From the NCBI GenBank assembly GCA_964584035.1, contig CAZOYL010000037.1:1-19816 (forward strand): a stretch of DNA of 19,816 bases. The letters are read 5' to 3'. The translations under genes were made by a program, and so were the position numbers. Below are positions 1 to 9,557 of the stretch, one piece after another (within the stretch, counting starts at the first letter, position 1; every line of letters begins with the position of its first letter). The stretch is from an uncultured Gemmatimonadota bacterium (lineage in GTDB: Bacteria; SM23-81). The notes under the pieces are model-generated. The model was not told the DNA's origin. It was given only the letters and a program-made list of their open reading frames with translations, and ran no database searches.

Positions 1-798
<798 letters not shown>

Positions 799-859
799 TG
801 CAACTTCTGATCCCCGATGACATATATACGGCAGATCCGATACACGGAGGTGATTCGCC

Positions 860-1639
860 ATGGGAAAGATCACAGTTCTGGTGACGGTGTCGATGCTGTT
901 GACGGCCGCTCCGCTCTGGTCCCAGACTGATACGGATGTTCAGCCGGTACAGCCTCGAGATCTGATCGATTGTCCCACCGCCGGACTGCTGCCCAGGGGA
1001 AGTTTCGATGTCGACCTGCGGCTGTTTCCCGGAGGAGGCGCCCTGGGAGGCATATCCGTCGGCCTGACCGACCGGCTTCTGCTGGGCGTGTCGTATGGCG
1101 GGGAGAAGATTATCAGCGATCAGAAGGTGGAATGGTTTCCCCAGCCGGGCGTCTCCGTGAAGTATCGACTGGTCGAGGAGACTTTTGCGCTGCCGGCCCT
1201 GGCCATGGGATTCGATTCGCAGGGGTACGGGGCCTATATGGAGAATGATTCCATCGCCCGGTATGAGGTCAAGTCGAAGGGATTCTTCTGGGTGGTCAGT
1301 AAGAACTACCGGGTCCTGGGCACGCCCATGGGCCTGCATCTGGGAGCCAATTACAGCCTGGAGGATGATGACGGCGACGATGAGCCCAGTGTTTTTCTGG
1401 GGCTGGATAAGAATTTTAATGAGGAATTCGAGATCATCCTGGAATATGATTTTGCCTTCAATGATAACAGGAAACTGTCCTCCTTTGGAAAGGGCAACGG
1501 CTATCTTGATCTTGGCTTGCGATGGTCCTTCGGCAACCGGTTGACCATTGAGTTCGATTTTATGAACCTGGCCGAAAACCGGAAAAACATCGAGTACCTT
1601 TCCCGACAGGTTCGTATTGTCTATCTGGAGTATTTTTAG
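860..1639 (+). CDS. Exported outer-membrane beta-barrel protein, YjbH-domain-like
   Basis: RBS GGAGGTGA upstream; signal peptide; LIDxPTAGLL motif; amphipathic beta-strands; C-terminal Phe (YLEYF). Confidence 0.65.
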   Translation: MGKITVLVTVSMLLTAAPLWSQTDTDVQPVQPRDLIDCPTAGLLPRGSFDVDLRLFPGGGALGGISVGLTDRLLLGVSYGGEKIISDQKVEWFPQPGVSVKYRLVEETFALPALAMGFDSQGYGAYMENDSIARYEVKSKGFFWVVSKNYRVLGTPMGLHLGANYSLEDDDGDDEPSVFLGLDKNFNEEFEIILEYDFAFNDNRKLSSFGKGNGYLDLGLRWSFGNRLTIEFDFMNLAENRKNIEYLSRQVRIVYLEYF

Positions 1640-1683
1640 TGCCTTAATTCCAGGGCTGCGGCCCCGTGCGGCGACAGAATTGT

Positions 1684-1715
1684 TTAAACGTCGGCCCCCG
1701 AAAGCTCGTCCAATA
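1684..1715 (+). promoter_or_regulatory. Possible ECF-sigma-type promoter
   Basis: AAAC (1686-1689), a 17-nt spacer and CGTC(CAATA) (from 1707) match the generic ECF AAC-N16/17-CGT pattern, upstream of the lipoprotein/FadL pair. Confidence 0.4.
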
Positions 1716-1790
1716 GATGAGTGACCTACATGGCCCGGATGAGAGACGGGGGCCGTCTTCTATCCTCTTCTTTTCTTTGGAGCTTTACAG

Positions 1791-2357
1791 ATGAAAACCA
1801 CGATTGGACGAGCCATGACCGGTTTGCTCCTGCTGATCATGTGCTTCTCCGTGATCGGCTGCTACACCATGATCAGGCGGTCCGGAGCGGCCATGGATGA
1901 GCAGGATGGCTATCTCTCGGAGACCGCCATCTCGGATCGCTGGATCGATCCGGATCATGTCTGGTATGATCCATTCTATCACTGGTACTATCCGAGCGAT
2001 TACGGGCACTGGCGGTATTACTATACCTATCCCTGGTGGTGGAACGATTACTGGTTCTGGGACCCGGGCGCCGACCGGACGAGCGCTCCGGTCGACACCG
2101 ATCGGCATATCTGGGACGACCGCCGCGGGTCGGGCTGGTCAACTCCGCCCTCCTCGCCGGCGCCGCCATCCACGGCCAGCCAGCCGAAAAAATCTTCCGA
2201 GGAGTCTAAGGCGGACCGGCCGTCTCAGAGCTCACCCCAGGACGGAAAACGGCGTTCGCCGGACTGGAGAGACAGCGAGAATGATCGCTCTTCATCCGAG
2301 CTACAGAAACAGGAACGGCAGGGGGAAGATGATGATGGGCCGGATGGGAGCCGGTGA
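1791..2357 (+). CDS. Hypothetical lipoprotein with a Tyr/Trp-rich core and a disordered Ser/Pro/charged tail
   Basis: Signal peptide ending in a lipobox-like VIG-C(YT); segment WYDPFYHWYYPSDYGHWRYYYTYPWWW; low-complexity C-terminus. Confidence 0.7.
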   Translation: MKTTIGRAMTGLLLLIMCFSVIGCYTMIRRSGAAMDEQDGYLSETAISDRWIDPDHVWYDPFYHWYYPSDYGHWRYYYTYPWWWNDYWFWDPGADRTSAPVDTDRHIWDDRRGSGWSTPPSSPAPPSTASQPKKSSEESKADRPSQSSPQDGKRRSPDWRDSENDRSSSELQKQERQGEDDDGPDGSR

Positions 2358-2506
2358 GCCGGCTTAATGACCGGGCCCGTCATGCCCGGACCTCATTGGA
2401 ACAGATACCGGAAAACATACGGGGGAAATCGGCGATGATGGTTCAATCACATAGGCGGCACACAGGCATCCCGGCGATGGATTTTCAGCGGGATCGGGGC
2501 CCGGGG

Positions 2507-3763
2507 ATGATGCGGCGGTTCATGCCTGTCCTTCTTTTCGCGGTCTTCTGTTACGCTCTGATCCTGAATGCCGCCGGTGTCAGCGCCGACGAGGCCATTC
2601 AACTGACCGAAGAGTTCGGCATCGGCGCCCGGGCCATGGGCATGGGCGGAACCGGCATCGCCGTGGCCGAGGACTTCTCGGCCCTCTATTGGAATCCCGC
2701 CGGTCTGGCCCAGGTGCGCCGGATCGAGTTTTCGGGAGGGCTTTCGCATCAGAAGTACCACGCCACCAACACCTACTACGGCACCACCGAGGACGACAAC
2801 GAGAACAATACCCGTCTGAATTCCATCGGCATGGTCTTTCCGGTGCCCACCTACCGGGGCAGCCTGGTGTTTGCCCTGGGGGCCGGGCGGGTGGAGAATT
2901 TCGACGCCCTGTTCCTGCAGAGCGGTTACGTCTCCCCGGATGATCGCTGGGAGAGGGGACGAGAGGTGCAGTCCGGGGGACTGTTCGCCTGGACTCTCGG
3001 AGGGGCCGTCGACGTCTCGCCGACGCTCTCTCTGGGCGCCTCTATCAGCCTTCTGGATGGCGATTATAACTATGACTGGGATGCTTATTTTGCCGATATC
3101 AATGGTGTCTACAACGATCCACCGAATGATTACGATACCACCTATATCCATGACACCAAATCGGTCGATTTCGACGGGGTCAGCGTCCAGATGGGCGGGC
3201 TGCTCAGGATCAACCGTTTTCTCAGGGCCGGCATGACCCTTAAGACCCCTGTGACCTACGACCTGTCAGGAGAAGCCCTCGAGCGGACCTGGGATGTCTA
3301 TGATGATGGAACGGTGGAGCGGTACACCGACTCGCGTTACTTTCAGAACGAGGTCTCCACGCCCTGGAAGTTCGGCCTGGGACTGGCCTGGTCGGTTCCC
3401 ACCGTTCTCCTGGCCGGCGACCTGCGGTACGCCGATTGGAGCCAGATGAAGTTCAACGATCAGCCGCTGCAGGAGTATGATGAGACCCTCTCCTGGAGCC
3501 TGGGAGGGGAATATGTCCTGCCGCGCCTGGGGATGAAGTTCCGAGCCGGCTATGGGTCCGATCCCATTGCCTTCAATGTGCCCGACATCGTCGAGGATCG
3601 CGACCGCTACAGTCTGGGGGCCGGGTTTCTGGTGGGGCAGGTGATGACCCTGGATGTGGCCTGGGTCAAGAGTTCCTGGAAGACGGCCGAGACGGATGAG
3701 ACGGATCTGATCGAGAAACGGGAGACGGAGCGGCTGTTCCTGAGCCTGGGTTACCGTTTCTGA
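2507..3763 (+). CDS. OmpP1/FadL/TodX-family outer-membrane transport protein
   Basis: GARAMGMGG and ALYWNPAGL motifs of FadL-like barrels; C-terminal LGYRF. Start placed at ATG 2507 because a signal peptide (MMRRFMPVLL...VSA) follows; the frame is open from 2354. Confidence 0.8.
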   Translation: MMRRFMPVLLFAVFCYALILNAAGVSADEAIQLTEEFGIGARAMGMGGTGIAVAEDFSALYWNPAGLAQVRRIEFSGGLSHQKYHATNTYYGTTEDDNENNTRLNSIGMVFPVPTYRGSLVFALGAGRVENFDALFLQSGYVSPDDRWERGREVQSGGLFAWTLGGAVDVSPTLSLGASISLLDGDYNYDWDAYFADINGVYNDPPNDYDTTYIHDTKSVDFDGVSVQMGGLLRINRFLRAGMTLKTPVTYDLSGEALERTWDVYDDGTVERYTDSRYFQNEVSTPWKFGLGLAWSVPTVLLAGDLRYADWSQMKFNDQPLQEYDETLSWSLGGEYVLPRLGMKFRAGYGSDPIAFNVPDIVEDRDRYSLGAGFLVGQVMTLDVAWVKSSWKTAETDETDLIEKRETERLFLSLGYRF

Positions 3764-3810
3764 GGCGATGGCCGGAGAGATCACTGAACAGACCAGAGGG
3801 GTCGTTGATG

Positions 3811-3848
3811 TGAAAAAGCGCCGGGAGGTTTCTCCCGGCGCTTTTTCA
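3811..3848. terminator. Bidirectional intrinsic terminator
   Basis: Perfect 17-bp inverted repeat TGAAAAAGCGCCGGGAG-gttt-CTCCCGGCGCTTTTTCA with A5/T5 tracts, lying between convergent genes. Confidence 0.9.
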
Positions 3849-3894
3849 TCGAAAAACTGTTCGCCGAACCGAGGTACCGAGTGTCATCGCACGC

Positions 3895-4083
3895 TCAGAT
3901 GGCGTCTTTCTTCCGGCTCACCCGCTGGATGACCAACCACAGAATGACGGCGATGATGATGGTATAGAAATAATATCTCGCCAGAGCGTAAGTATTGGCC
4001 TTTTGGACCAGCGCCACCAGAGCGGGGATCAGGCCGATGATGACGGCCATAAGATACAGAAGAGCGGTTTTACCTTTTTTCAC
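3895..4083 (-). CDS. Small membrane protein, 62 aa, two predicted TM helices
   Basis: GTG start preceded by SD-like GGGGGTGAT; basic termini and two hydrophobic segments; own sigma70-like promoter and downstream terminator. Confidence 0.7.
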   Translation of the reverse strand: MKKGKTALLYLMAVIIGLIPALVALVQKANTYALARYYFYTIIIAVILWLVIQRVSRKKDAI

Positions 4084-4124
4084 CTTCTTCCATCACCCCC
4101 TCGGAAAGCGGATAAATTTTTTTT

Positions 4125-4153
4125 AATGTACGCATAAATAGGGCCATTGTCAA
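4125..4153 (-). promoter_or_regulatory. Sigma70-type promoter for the small membrane-protein gene
   Basis: On the minus strand, TTGACA (4153-4148), 17 nt, TACATT (4130-4125). Confidence 0.7.
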
Positions 4154-4196
4154 ATAAAAACTGGCCTCCGGGAGCTTCCAAGCTGACGAATTTCAT

Positions 4197-4225
4197 TTGA
4201 CTTGCTCTGTTTCAGGCCATATATT
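4197..4225 (+). promoter_or_regulatory. Sigma70-type promoter for the ecfT-truA-tal run
   Basis: TTGACT (4197-4202), 17 nt, TATATT (4220-4225), in an AT-rich divergent intergenic region. Confidence 0.7.
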
Positions 4226-4272
4226 GAAACGTTGAGCCGCTGCGCACCGGAGAGGTTTCGGAGCTGCAACCG

Positions 4273-5085
4273 ATGTTATTTAAAAACATTGTCTTAGGGC
4301 AATACCTTCCGGTCAAATCGCCCGTTCACCGGCTGGACCCCAGAACCAAGTTCATGGCCGTGGTGGCCATCATGCTGCTGACGCTGGCTGTTTCGAACTT
4401 GCTCATATACATATTGTTACTATCGTGGCTCGGCCTGCTGGTGGCCATCGCCCGGCTGCCGCTGGGGCTGGTCTTCCGCAATCTCAGATCTTTTCTCTGG
4501 CTGTTTCTGTTCACCTTCATCATTCATCTTTTTTTCACCGAGGGGCGAACGCTGCCGCTGGTGGGCCTGGGCACGATCGAGGGTTTCTGGCGGGGATTGT
4601 TCTTCTGCGTGCGCGTCGCCATCCTGGTGCTGTCTGCCTCAATGCTGACCCTGACCACTTCACCTCTGGAGCTGACGGACGGTCTGGAAAGATTACTGCT
4701 GCCCCTGAAGTGGTTCGGCCTCTCGCCGCATGCGCTGGCTCTCATGCTGGTCATCGCCCTGCGGTTCATCCCGACCTTCATTGAAGAGGCCAATACCATT
4801 CAAAAGGCGCAATTGGCCAGAGGCGCGATCTTCACCGGCCACCTTCTTCGCCGGGCCCGAAGCCTGGTGCCCCTCCTGGTCCCGCTGTTTCTATCGGCTT
4901 TCCGCCGGGCGGACGAGCTGGCGGTGGCCATGGAGGCGAGAAATTATCAGACGGATGGTCCCCGGACCTCGTTTCAACAGCTGAAATTTTCCCGAACCGA
5001 CTACGGTTCTTTGATTTTTTTAGCCATCTTCTTCAGCGGTTGTTTCCTGGCCGGCTATTGGCTGCCGGTCCTGCCGGGAACCTAG
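4273..5085 (+). CDS. ecfT: ECF transporter transmembrane component T (CbiQ/EcfT)
   Basis: LGQYLP..SPVHRLDPRTKF N-terminus; TM helices; ALRFIP; the two coupling Arg motifs AQLARG and AMEARNY. Confidence 0.92.
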   Translation: MLFKNIVLGQYLPVKSPVHRLDPRTKFMAVVAIMLLTLAVSNLLIYILLLSWLGLLVAIARLPLGLVFRNLRSFLWLFLFTFIIHLFFTEGRTLPLVGLGTIEGFWRGLFFCVRVAILVLSASMLTLTTSPLELTDGLERLLLPLKWFGLSPHALALMLVIALRFIPTFIEEANTIQKAQLARGAIFTGHLLRRARSLVPLLVPLFLSAFRRADELAVAMEARNYQTDGPRTSFQQLKFSRTDYGSLIFLAIFFSGCFLAGYWLPVLPGT

Positions 5086-5144
5086 GCTGAGCCCGGCCGT
5101 GATGGCGGCGATATCGAGACCGATCGGCGGCGTTCATTCTTACC

Positions 5145-5894
5145 ATGCCCGTTGACATGAGAAATATCAAGCTGACCCTGGAATACGATGGCACCGATTT
5201 TTCAGGCTGGCAAATACAGCCGCAGCGGAGAACGGTTCAAGGGGTTTTAGCGGACAGCCTGGCGACGCTTCTGAGAGAGCCCGTCAAGGTCATCGGGTCC
5301 GGCCGCACCGATGCCGGCGTGCATGCCAGGGGCCAGGTGGCCAATTTCGGCACGGCCAGTTTGCTGCCCTTGAAGGAATTACACCGGGCATTGAATGCTC
5401 TCTTGCCCGATGATGTGGTCGTCCGCCGGATTCAGCAGGTGGCGCCGGATTTCCACGCTCGTTTCAGCGCCCGGCGAAGGGAGTACCTCTACCGTATCGC
5501 CGAGCGCCCCACCGCGCTTCAGCGCCGTTATACCTGGCGCGTCCACGGGTCCCTGAATCTCACCCTGATGCAGCGGGGTGTCGTTGCGTTGACGGGGGTT
5601 CATGACTTCAGCGCCTGCTGCCTGAAGCCGGAGAATCAGCGGCACAGCCGGTGCGAGATTTACCAGGCGCGTTTGCGGCGCGATGGGGGCGAGATCCATC
5701 TCAGGATTGCGGCCAACCGGTTTCTTCATGCCATGGTCAGGATCCTGGTCGGAAGACTGGTGGAGCTCGGACGGGAGCGTCTTTCGGTGGAGCAGTTTGC
5801 CGATCTGGTGCTGGGACGCGATATGAGCCATTCCCCGCCGGTGGTGGTTCCTCCCCAGGGGCTCTGTCTGATGAGCGTCAGCTATCCAACATAA
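5145..5894 (+). CDS. truA: tRNA pseudouridine(38-40) synthase (start may be ATG 5157)
   Basis: [11 protein letters not shown], catalytic [30 protein letters not shown] and PPQGL.L motifs. Confidence 0.96.
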   Translation: MPVDMRNIKLTLEYDGTDFSGWQIQPQRRTVQGVLADSLATLLREPVKVIGSGRTDAGVHARGQVANFGTASLLPLKELHRALNALLPDDVVVRRIQQVAPDFHARFSARRREYLYRIAERPTALQRRYTWRVHGSLNLTLMQRGVVALTGVHDFSACCLKPENQRHSRCEIYQARLRRDGGEIHLRIAANRFLHAMVRILVGRLVELGRERLSVEQFADLVLGRDMSHSPPVVVPPQGLCLMSVSYPT

Positions 5895-5919
5895 ACGGAT
5901 ATTTGAAAGGAGAGCAGCG

Positions 5920-6576
5920 ATGAAATTTTTTATTGACACGGCCAATCTGGATGAGATCCAGCAGGCGGTCAGTATGGGTATTTTGGATGGTGTGACCACA
6001 AATCCCAGCTTATTGAGCAAGGAGATCCAGCGGACCGGCAAGGGTGACAGAGAGATTCTGGAGGAAATCTGCCGACTGGTGGACGGCCCCGTGAGCGCCG
6101 AGATATTGAGTCTGGAGGCTGGCAAGATGATCGCCGAGGCCCGGGATCTGGCCAAGATTCATGAAAACATCACCGTCAAGGTGCCCATGGTCAGAGACGG
6201 CATTCTGACCGTCAAAACCCTTCGGGACGAGGGTATCCATACCAACGTGACGCTGGTTTTCTCGGTCAGCCAGGCAATTCTGGCAGCCAAGGCAGGAGCC
6301 ACGTTCGTCAGCCCCTTCATCGGACGGCTGGATGATATCAGCCAGGTGGGCATGGATTTGGTGGAGGAGATCCTGGCGGTGTACGAAAATTATGCTTATG
6401 AAACAGAGGTCCTGGTGGCCAGTATTCGCCATCCGCTGCATGTGGCCGAGGCGGCCCTCATCGGCGCTGATATCGCCACCATCCCCTTTGCCGTTATCGA
6501 AAAACTGGCCCATCACCCGCTGACCGATGTGGGGATCCGGAAGTTTCAGGCGGATTGGGATAAAGCCAAGAAATAA
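5920..6576 (+). CDS. tal: Transaldolase of the short TalC/FSA family
   Basis: [15 protein letters not shown] and Schiff-base Lys in VKVP. Glu in VSAE and Phe in SPFIGR favour transaldolase over FSA activity. RBS AAGGAG. Confidence 0.92.
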   Translation: MKFFIDTANLDEIQQAVSMGILDGVTTNPSLLSKEIQRTGKGDREILEEICRLVDGPVSAEILSLEAGKMIAEARDLAKIHENITVKVPMVRDGILTVKTLRDEGIHTNVTLVFSVSQAILAAKAGATFVSPFIGRLDDISQVGMDLVEEILAVYENYAYETEVLVASIRHPLHVAEAALIGADIATIPFAVIEKLAHHPLTDVGIRKFQADWDKAKK

Positions 6577-6600
6577 CACCATCGCCTGACGGATGATATT

Positions 6601-7842
6601 ATGAATTCTGATCATGTTGATCAACCACGGGGTTTCTCCTTCCTCGGCAGGGATCGAAGCGGCGGCTATATCCTCACCACCGTCATCGCTCTGTTGTTGG
6701 GTTTGCTGTTGCTGAGAGTTATTCCCCGTTCATCGCCCGGTGGTTCCCAACCGCCCGGAACTGTTCTGGCCGGTGTTCCCGGTGGCGCCACCGAGGTCAC
6801 TCACCAGGAGGAGATCACCGGCTCCAGAAGGAACGCCATTGTTCAAGCGGCAGAGCGGGTCGGGCCGGCGGTGGTGAGTATCAGCGTCACTCAGGTGCGG
6901 GTGGTGCGGAGCGGACCGTTCGGCGGCATGTTCCAGGACCCCATGTTTCAGTATTTCTTCCCGGAACTGCAGCGGGAGTACCGCCAGAAGGTCCAGAGCA
7001 TGGGTTCCGGATTTATCGTCGATGACGTCGGCCACATACTGACCAATGAGCATGTGGTCGAAAATGCCAGTGAAATCGTCGTGAACCTGGCCGACGGGCG
7101 CCAATTCGACGCCCGTCTGATGGGTTCCGATCCGGCTCTGGATTTAGCTCTTCTGAAGATCGACGGCCAGGATCTGCCTTCAGCGCCGCTGGGCCGCTCC
7201 GATGATCTTATTATCGGCGAGTGGGCTATTGCCATCGGGAATCCATACGGCTATATCCTCGAAGACTCCCGGCCCAGTGTCACGGTCGGGGTGATCAGCG
7301 CCATCGGCAGGAATTTCGATCCTCGTCAGGGGCGCATCTACCGGAACATGATCCAGACCGATGCGGCCATCAATCCCGGAAATAGCGGCGGTCCTCTGGT
7401 GAACGGCGTCGGCCAGGTCATCGGTATCAACACGTTCATCTTTACGGAAACGGGCGGTTCACTGGGCGTCGGATTTGCCATACCCATCGATACGGCCCGT
7501 CGCATGCTGGATGAGATCATTACCTATGGCGAGGTGCGCCCGTTCTGGACCGGCATCCACATTCAGTCTCTGGCCCCGGAGATCGCCCAGAGCCTGGGAT
7601 ACGATTCCACCGACGGGGTGATCATCTCACAGATCGATCCCGACAGCCCGGCCGGGCGGGCCGGGTTGAAGGTGGGCGATATCGTGGTGGCTTTCAATGA
7701 TCAGCCCACCGGGAACGAGAATGATCTGATTGCTGAATTCTACGGGGCTCATGTCGGCGACCGGATCACATTGAAGGTCTGGCGGCAGGGAGCGACCATG
7801 ACGGTGGCCTTCACGCTCACCGAACCCCAACAGCGCGGTTAA
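6601..7842 (+). CDS. HtrA/DegS-like membrane-anchored trypsin serine protease with one PDZ domain
   Basis: N-terminal TM segment; GSGFIV; catalytic triad TNEHV, DLALL and AINPGNSGG; C-terminal PDZ (SPAGRAGLKVGD). Confidence 0.93.
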   Translation: MNSDHVDQPRGFSFLGRDRSGGYILTTVIALLLGLLLLRVIPRSSPGGSQPPGTVLAGVPGGATEVTHQEEITGSRRNAIVQAAERVGPAVVSISVTQVRVVRSGPFGGMFQDPMFQYFFPELQREYRQKVQSMGSGFIVDDVGHILTNEHVVENASEIVVNLADGRQFDARLMGSDPALDLALLKIDGQDLPSAPLGRSDDLIIGEWAIAIGNPYGYILEDSRPSVTVGVISAIGRNFDPRQGRIYRNMIQTDAAINPGNSGGPLVNGVGQVIGINTFIFTETGGSLGVGFAIPIDTARRMLDEIITYGEVRPFWTGIHIQSLAPEIAQSLGYDSTDGVIISQIDPDSPAGRAGLKVGDIVVAFNDQPTGNENDLIAEFYGAHVGDRITLKVWRQGATMTVAFTLTEPQQRG

Positions 7843-7882
7843 CGTACCCGTGCAATACGGTTATTCGTCCTCGGAGGAGAGG

Positions 7883-8146
7883 ATGAAACAGAGAAAATCG
7901 GTGGGCGCCGTTTTGCTCATCCTCATCTTCGGAGCTCTCATCGGCAGCACGCTGGGAGAGGTCATCGGGCTGGTGCTGCCCGATGGTGTGATCAAGGATT
8001 TTTTCATCAAATCGATCAAGCTTGGATTTGAGGCCGGCACACTGAATCTGGAAGTTTTCTCGATCACCTTTGGTTTTAGTATCAAGTTAAATATCATCAG
8101 CATTTTAGGGATGGCTCTGGCGGCGCATATTTTACGGTGGTACTGA
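7883..8146 (+). CDS. Small membrane protein, DUF4321-like
   Basis: ATG 7883 after GGAGGAG; TM helix with [10 protein letters not shown], then [18 protein letters not shown] and a second TM helix, as recalled for DUF4321. Confidence 0.7.
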   Translation: MKQRKSVGAVLLILIFGALIGSTLGEVIGLVLPDGVIKDFFIKSIKLGFEAGTLNLEVFSITFGFSIKLNIISILGMALAAHILRWY

Positions 8147-8169
8147 CGAGAGGAAACGGGGGTGAGATC

Positions 8170-8382
8170 ATGATTGGTGGATTGGGTATGACGGAGATCC
8201 TTGTGATTTTATTGATCGTGCTGCTGTTGTTCGGTGCCAAGCGGATTCCCGAGGTGGCTCAAGGATTGGGAAAGGGCTTGCGGGAGTTTAAAAAAGCGGC
8301 CCACGATATTCAAAAGGACATCAAGGATGTGGGCGATGATGAGAAGAAGAGTAAGTCGAAAGATGAGAAAGTTGAAACCTGA
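8170..8382 (+). CDS. tatA: Twin-arginine translocase subunit TatA/E
   Basis: [38 protein letters not shown] signature and a charged tail; ATG 8170 after GGGGTGA. Confidence 0.93.
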   Translation: MIGGLGMTEILVILLIVLLLFGAKRIPEVAQGLGKGLREFKKAAHDIQKDIKDVGDDEKKSKSKDEKVET

Positions 8383-8418
8383 CATTTCTTCTTCCCGCCA
8401 TTCCCCATGACACGGCCA

Positions 8419-8438
8419 GCCGGAACACTGGTTCCGGC
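8419..8438. other. Intergenic GC-rich hairpin
   Basis: Perfect 8-bp stem GCCGGAAC-actg-GTTCCGGC with no U tract, 12 nt before the radical SAM start codon. Confidence 0.5.
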
Positions 8439-8450
8439 ACCTATATCCTC

Positions 8451-9470
8451 ATGAATATCAAACGCCTGAATCTTCTCCTGACATATCGCTGTACCTCTCA
8501 GTGTCGGCATTGCTGTTATTTTTGCGGCCTGGAGGGCCAGGGATTAATGAATGCATCGGAGGTTTACAACTACCTCCAGGCTCTGAAGGAACATCCTCTG
8601 GAGTCTCTGTGGATCTATGGGGGAGAGCCGTTTCTGTATCCCAGGGTCCTGACCGAAATAGTTAAAATCGCCCGCATCAGAGAGATCCAAGAGATCGGAG
8701 TGCTCACCAACGGTTATTGGGCCAAGAGGGAAAAAAGCGCATTCAAGAGGCTTCAAGTGCTCAAGGAGGCCGGCGTCACGGCCATGACGATCAGCACCGA
8801 TGGCTTCCACGCCGCCGCCGTTACCCCCGAACTGGCCATCAGGGCCGGGCAGTTGGCTCTCGATGCCGGCATTGAAAAGGTCGATTACTCGGTGACCTTT
8901 TTGCCGCCCAGGAGTTCATCCAATCTCTACAACGACCTGTCGGAGGAGATCTGGGATCGCCTGAAACGTCTGGACGGCGTGCTCGTTCGAGAGAAGATGG
9001 TAACCACGGTCGGCCGGGCCGCCGAACGTCTCGTGGAGCATGATCGTCTGAAAAAGCTGTGCCTGGAAAATCCTTGCCTGAAAAGTCCCCGCTCGGAGAA
9101 ATCCCGCAAGAAAAATGTCTGTCGTCCCCCTGATTATATTGGCGGCAGCTGGACCCAGCTGCAGGGATTAGAGATCGATCCTGACGGATGGATCATGATC
9201 TGCCCGGGTCTCAGCCTGGGAAGAGTTGGAGATCAACCCTTGTCTAAACTTCTTCAGCGGTACGAAGATGACGGAAACATCCTGTGGCAGAATGTGCGCC
9301 GGAAAGGGGCTCACGGTTTGCTTGATTTGGCCGTCGACCGGGGTTATCAGGCTCGATCCGGGTACGCCGATACCTGTCACCTGTGTTATGACGTGAGAAA
9401 ATACCTGCAGCCGTACTTCCAATCATTTATTTCTCCCAAAGATTGTTATGGTGAGCCTTCCAACAGTTGA
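8451..9470 (+). CDS. Radical SAM protein with a C-terminal Cys-containing (SPASM/twitch-like) region
   Basis: CTSQCRHC (CxxxCxxC), GGEPFL, LTNGYWA and ISTDGFH; C-terminal IDPDG.IMICPG and CHLC. Confidence 0.88.
   Translation: MNIKRLNLLLTYRCTSQCRHCCYFCGLEGQGLMNASEVYNYLQALKEHPLESLWIYGGEPFLYPRVLTEIVKIARIREIQEIGVLTNGYWAKREKSAFKRLQVLKEAGVTAMTISTDGFHAAAVTPELAIRAGQLALDAGIEKVDYSVTFLPPRSSSNLYNDLSEEIWDRLKRLDGVLVREKMVTTVGRAAERLVEHDRLKKLCLENPCLKSPRSEKSRKKNVCRPPDYIGGSWTQLQGLEIDPDGWIMICPGLSLGRVGDQPLSKLLQRYEDDGNILWQNVRRKGAHGLLDLAVDRGYQARSGYADTCHLCYDVRKYLQPYFQSFISPKDCYGEPSNS
9045..9119 (+). repeat. Degenerate 15-bp tandem array (5 units) inside the radical SAM CDS
   Basis: CGTCTGAAAAAGCTG / TGCCTGGAAAATCCT / TGCCTGAAAAGTCCC / CGCTCGGAGAAATCC / CGCAAGAAAAATGTC, encoding RLKKL CLENP CLKSP RSEKS RKKNV. 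Confidence 0.7.
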
Positions 9471-9529
9471 TGGTGTTGGGTGGCTTGTTCGTCCCCACGA
9501 TCGGCTGATGAGAATTGCTGTCTCACCAT

Positions 9530-9554
9530 CCCGGGCCATTACCCGGGTTTTTTT
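9530..9554 (+). terminator. Possible intrinsic terminator or attenuator
   Basis: CCCGGG-ccatta-CCCGGG followed by T7, ending 3 nt before the probable TonB receptor start. Confidence 0.55.
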
Positions 9555-9557
9555 CGG

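Noticed and set aside
2354..2506. 51-aa N-terminal extension of the FadL-like ORF, containing a weak 12-bp periodicity near 2399-2434
   Set aside because: The signal peptide begins at 2507, and the periodicity is too weak to support a repeat call.
9469..9530. GATGGTGTT...GCTGATGA resembling a fluoride riboswitch or a hammerhead core
   Set aside because: The fluoride P1 stem and the pseudoknot partner directly after CTGATG are missing, and there is no GAAA after the putative hammerhead stem II.
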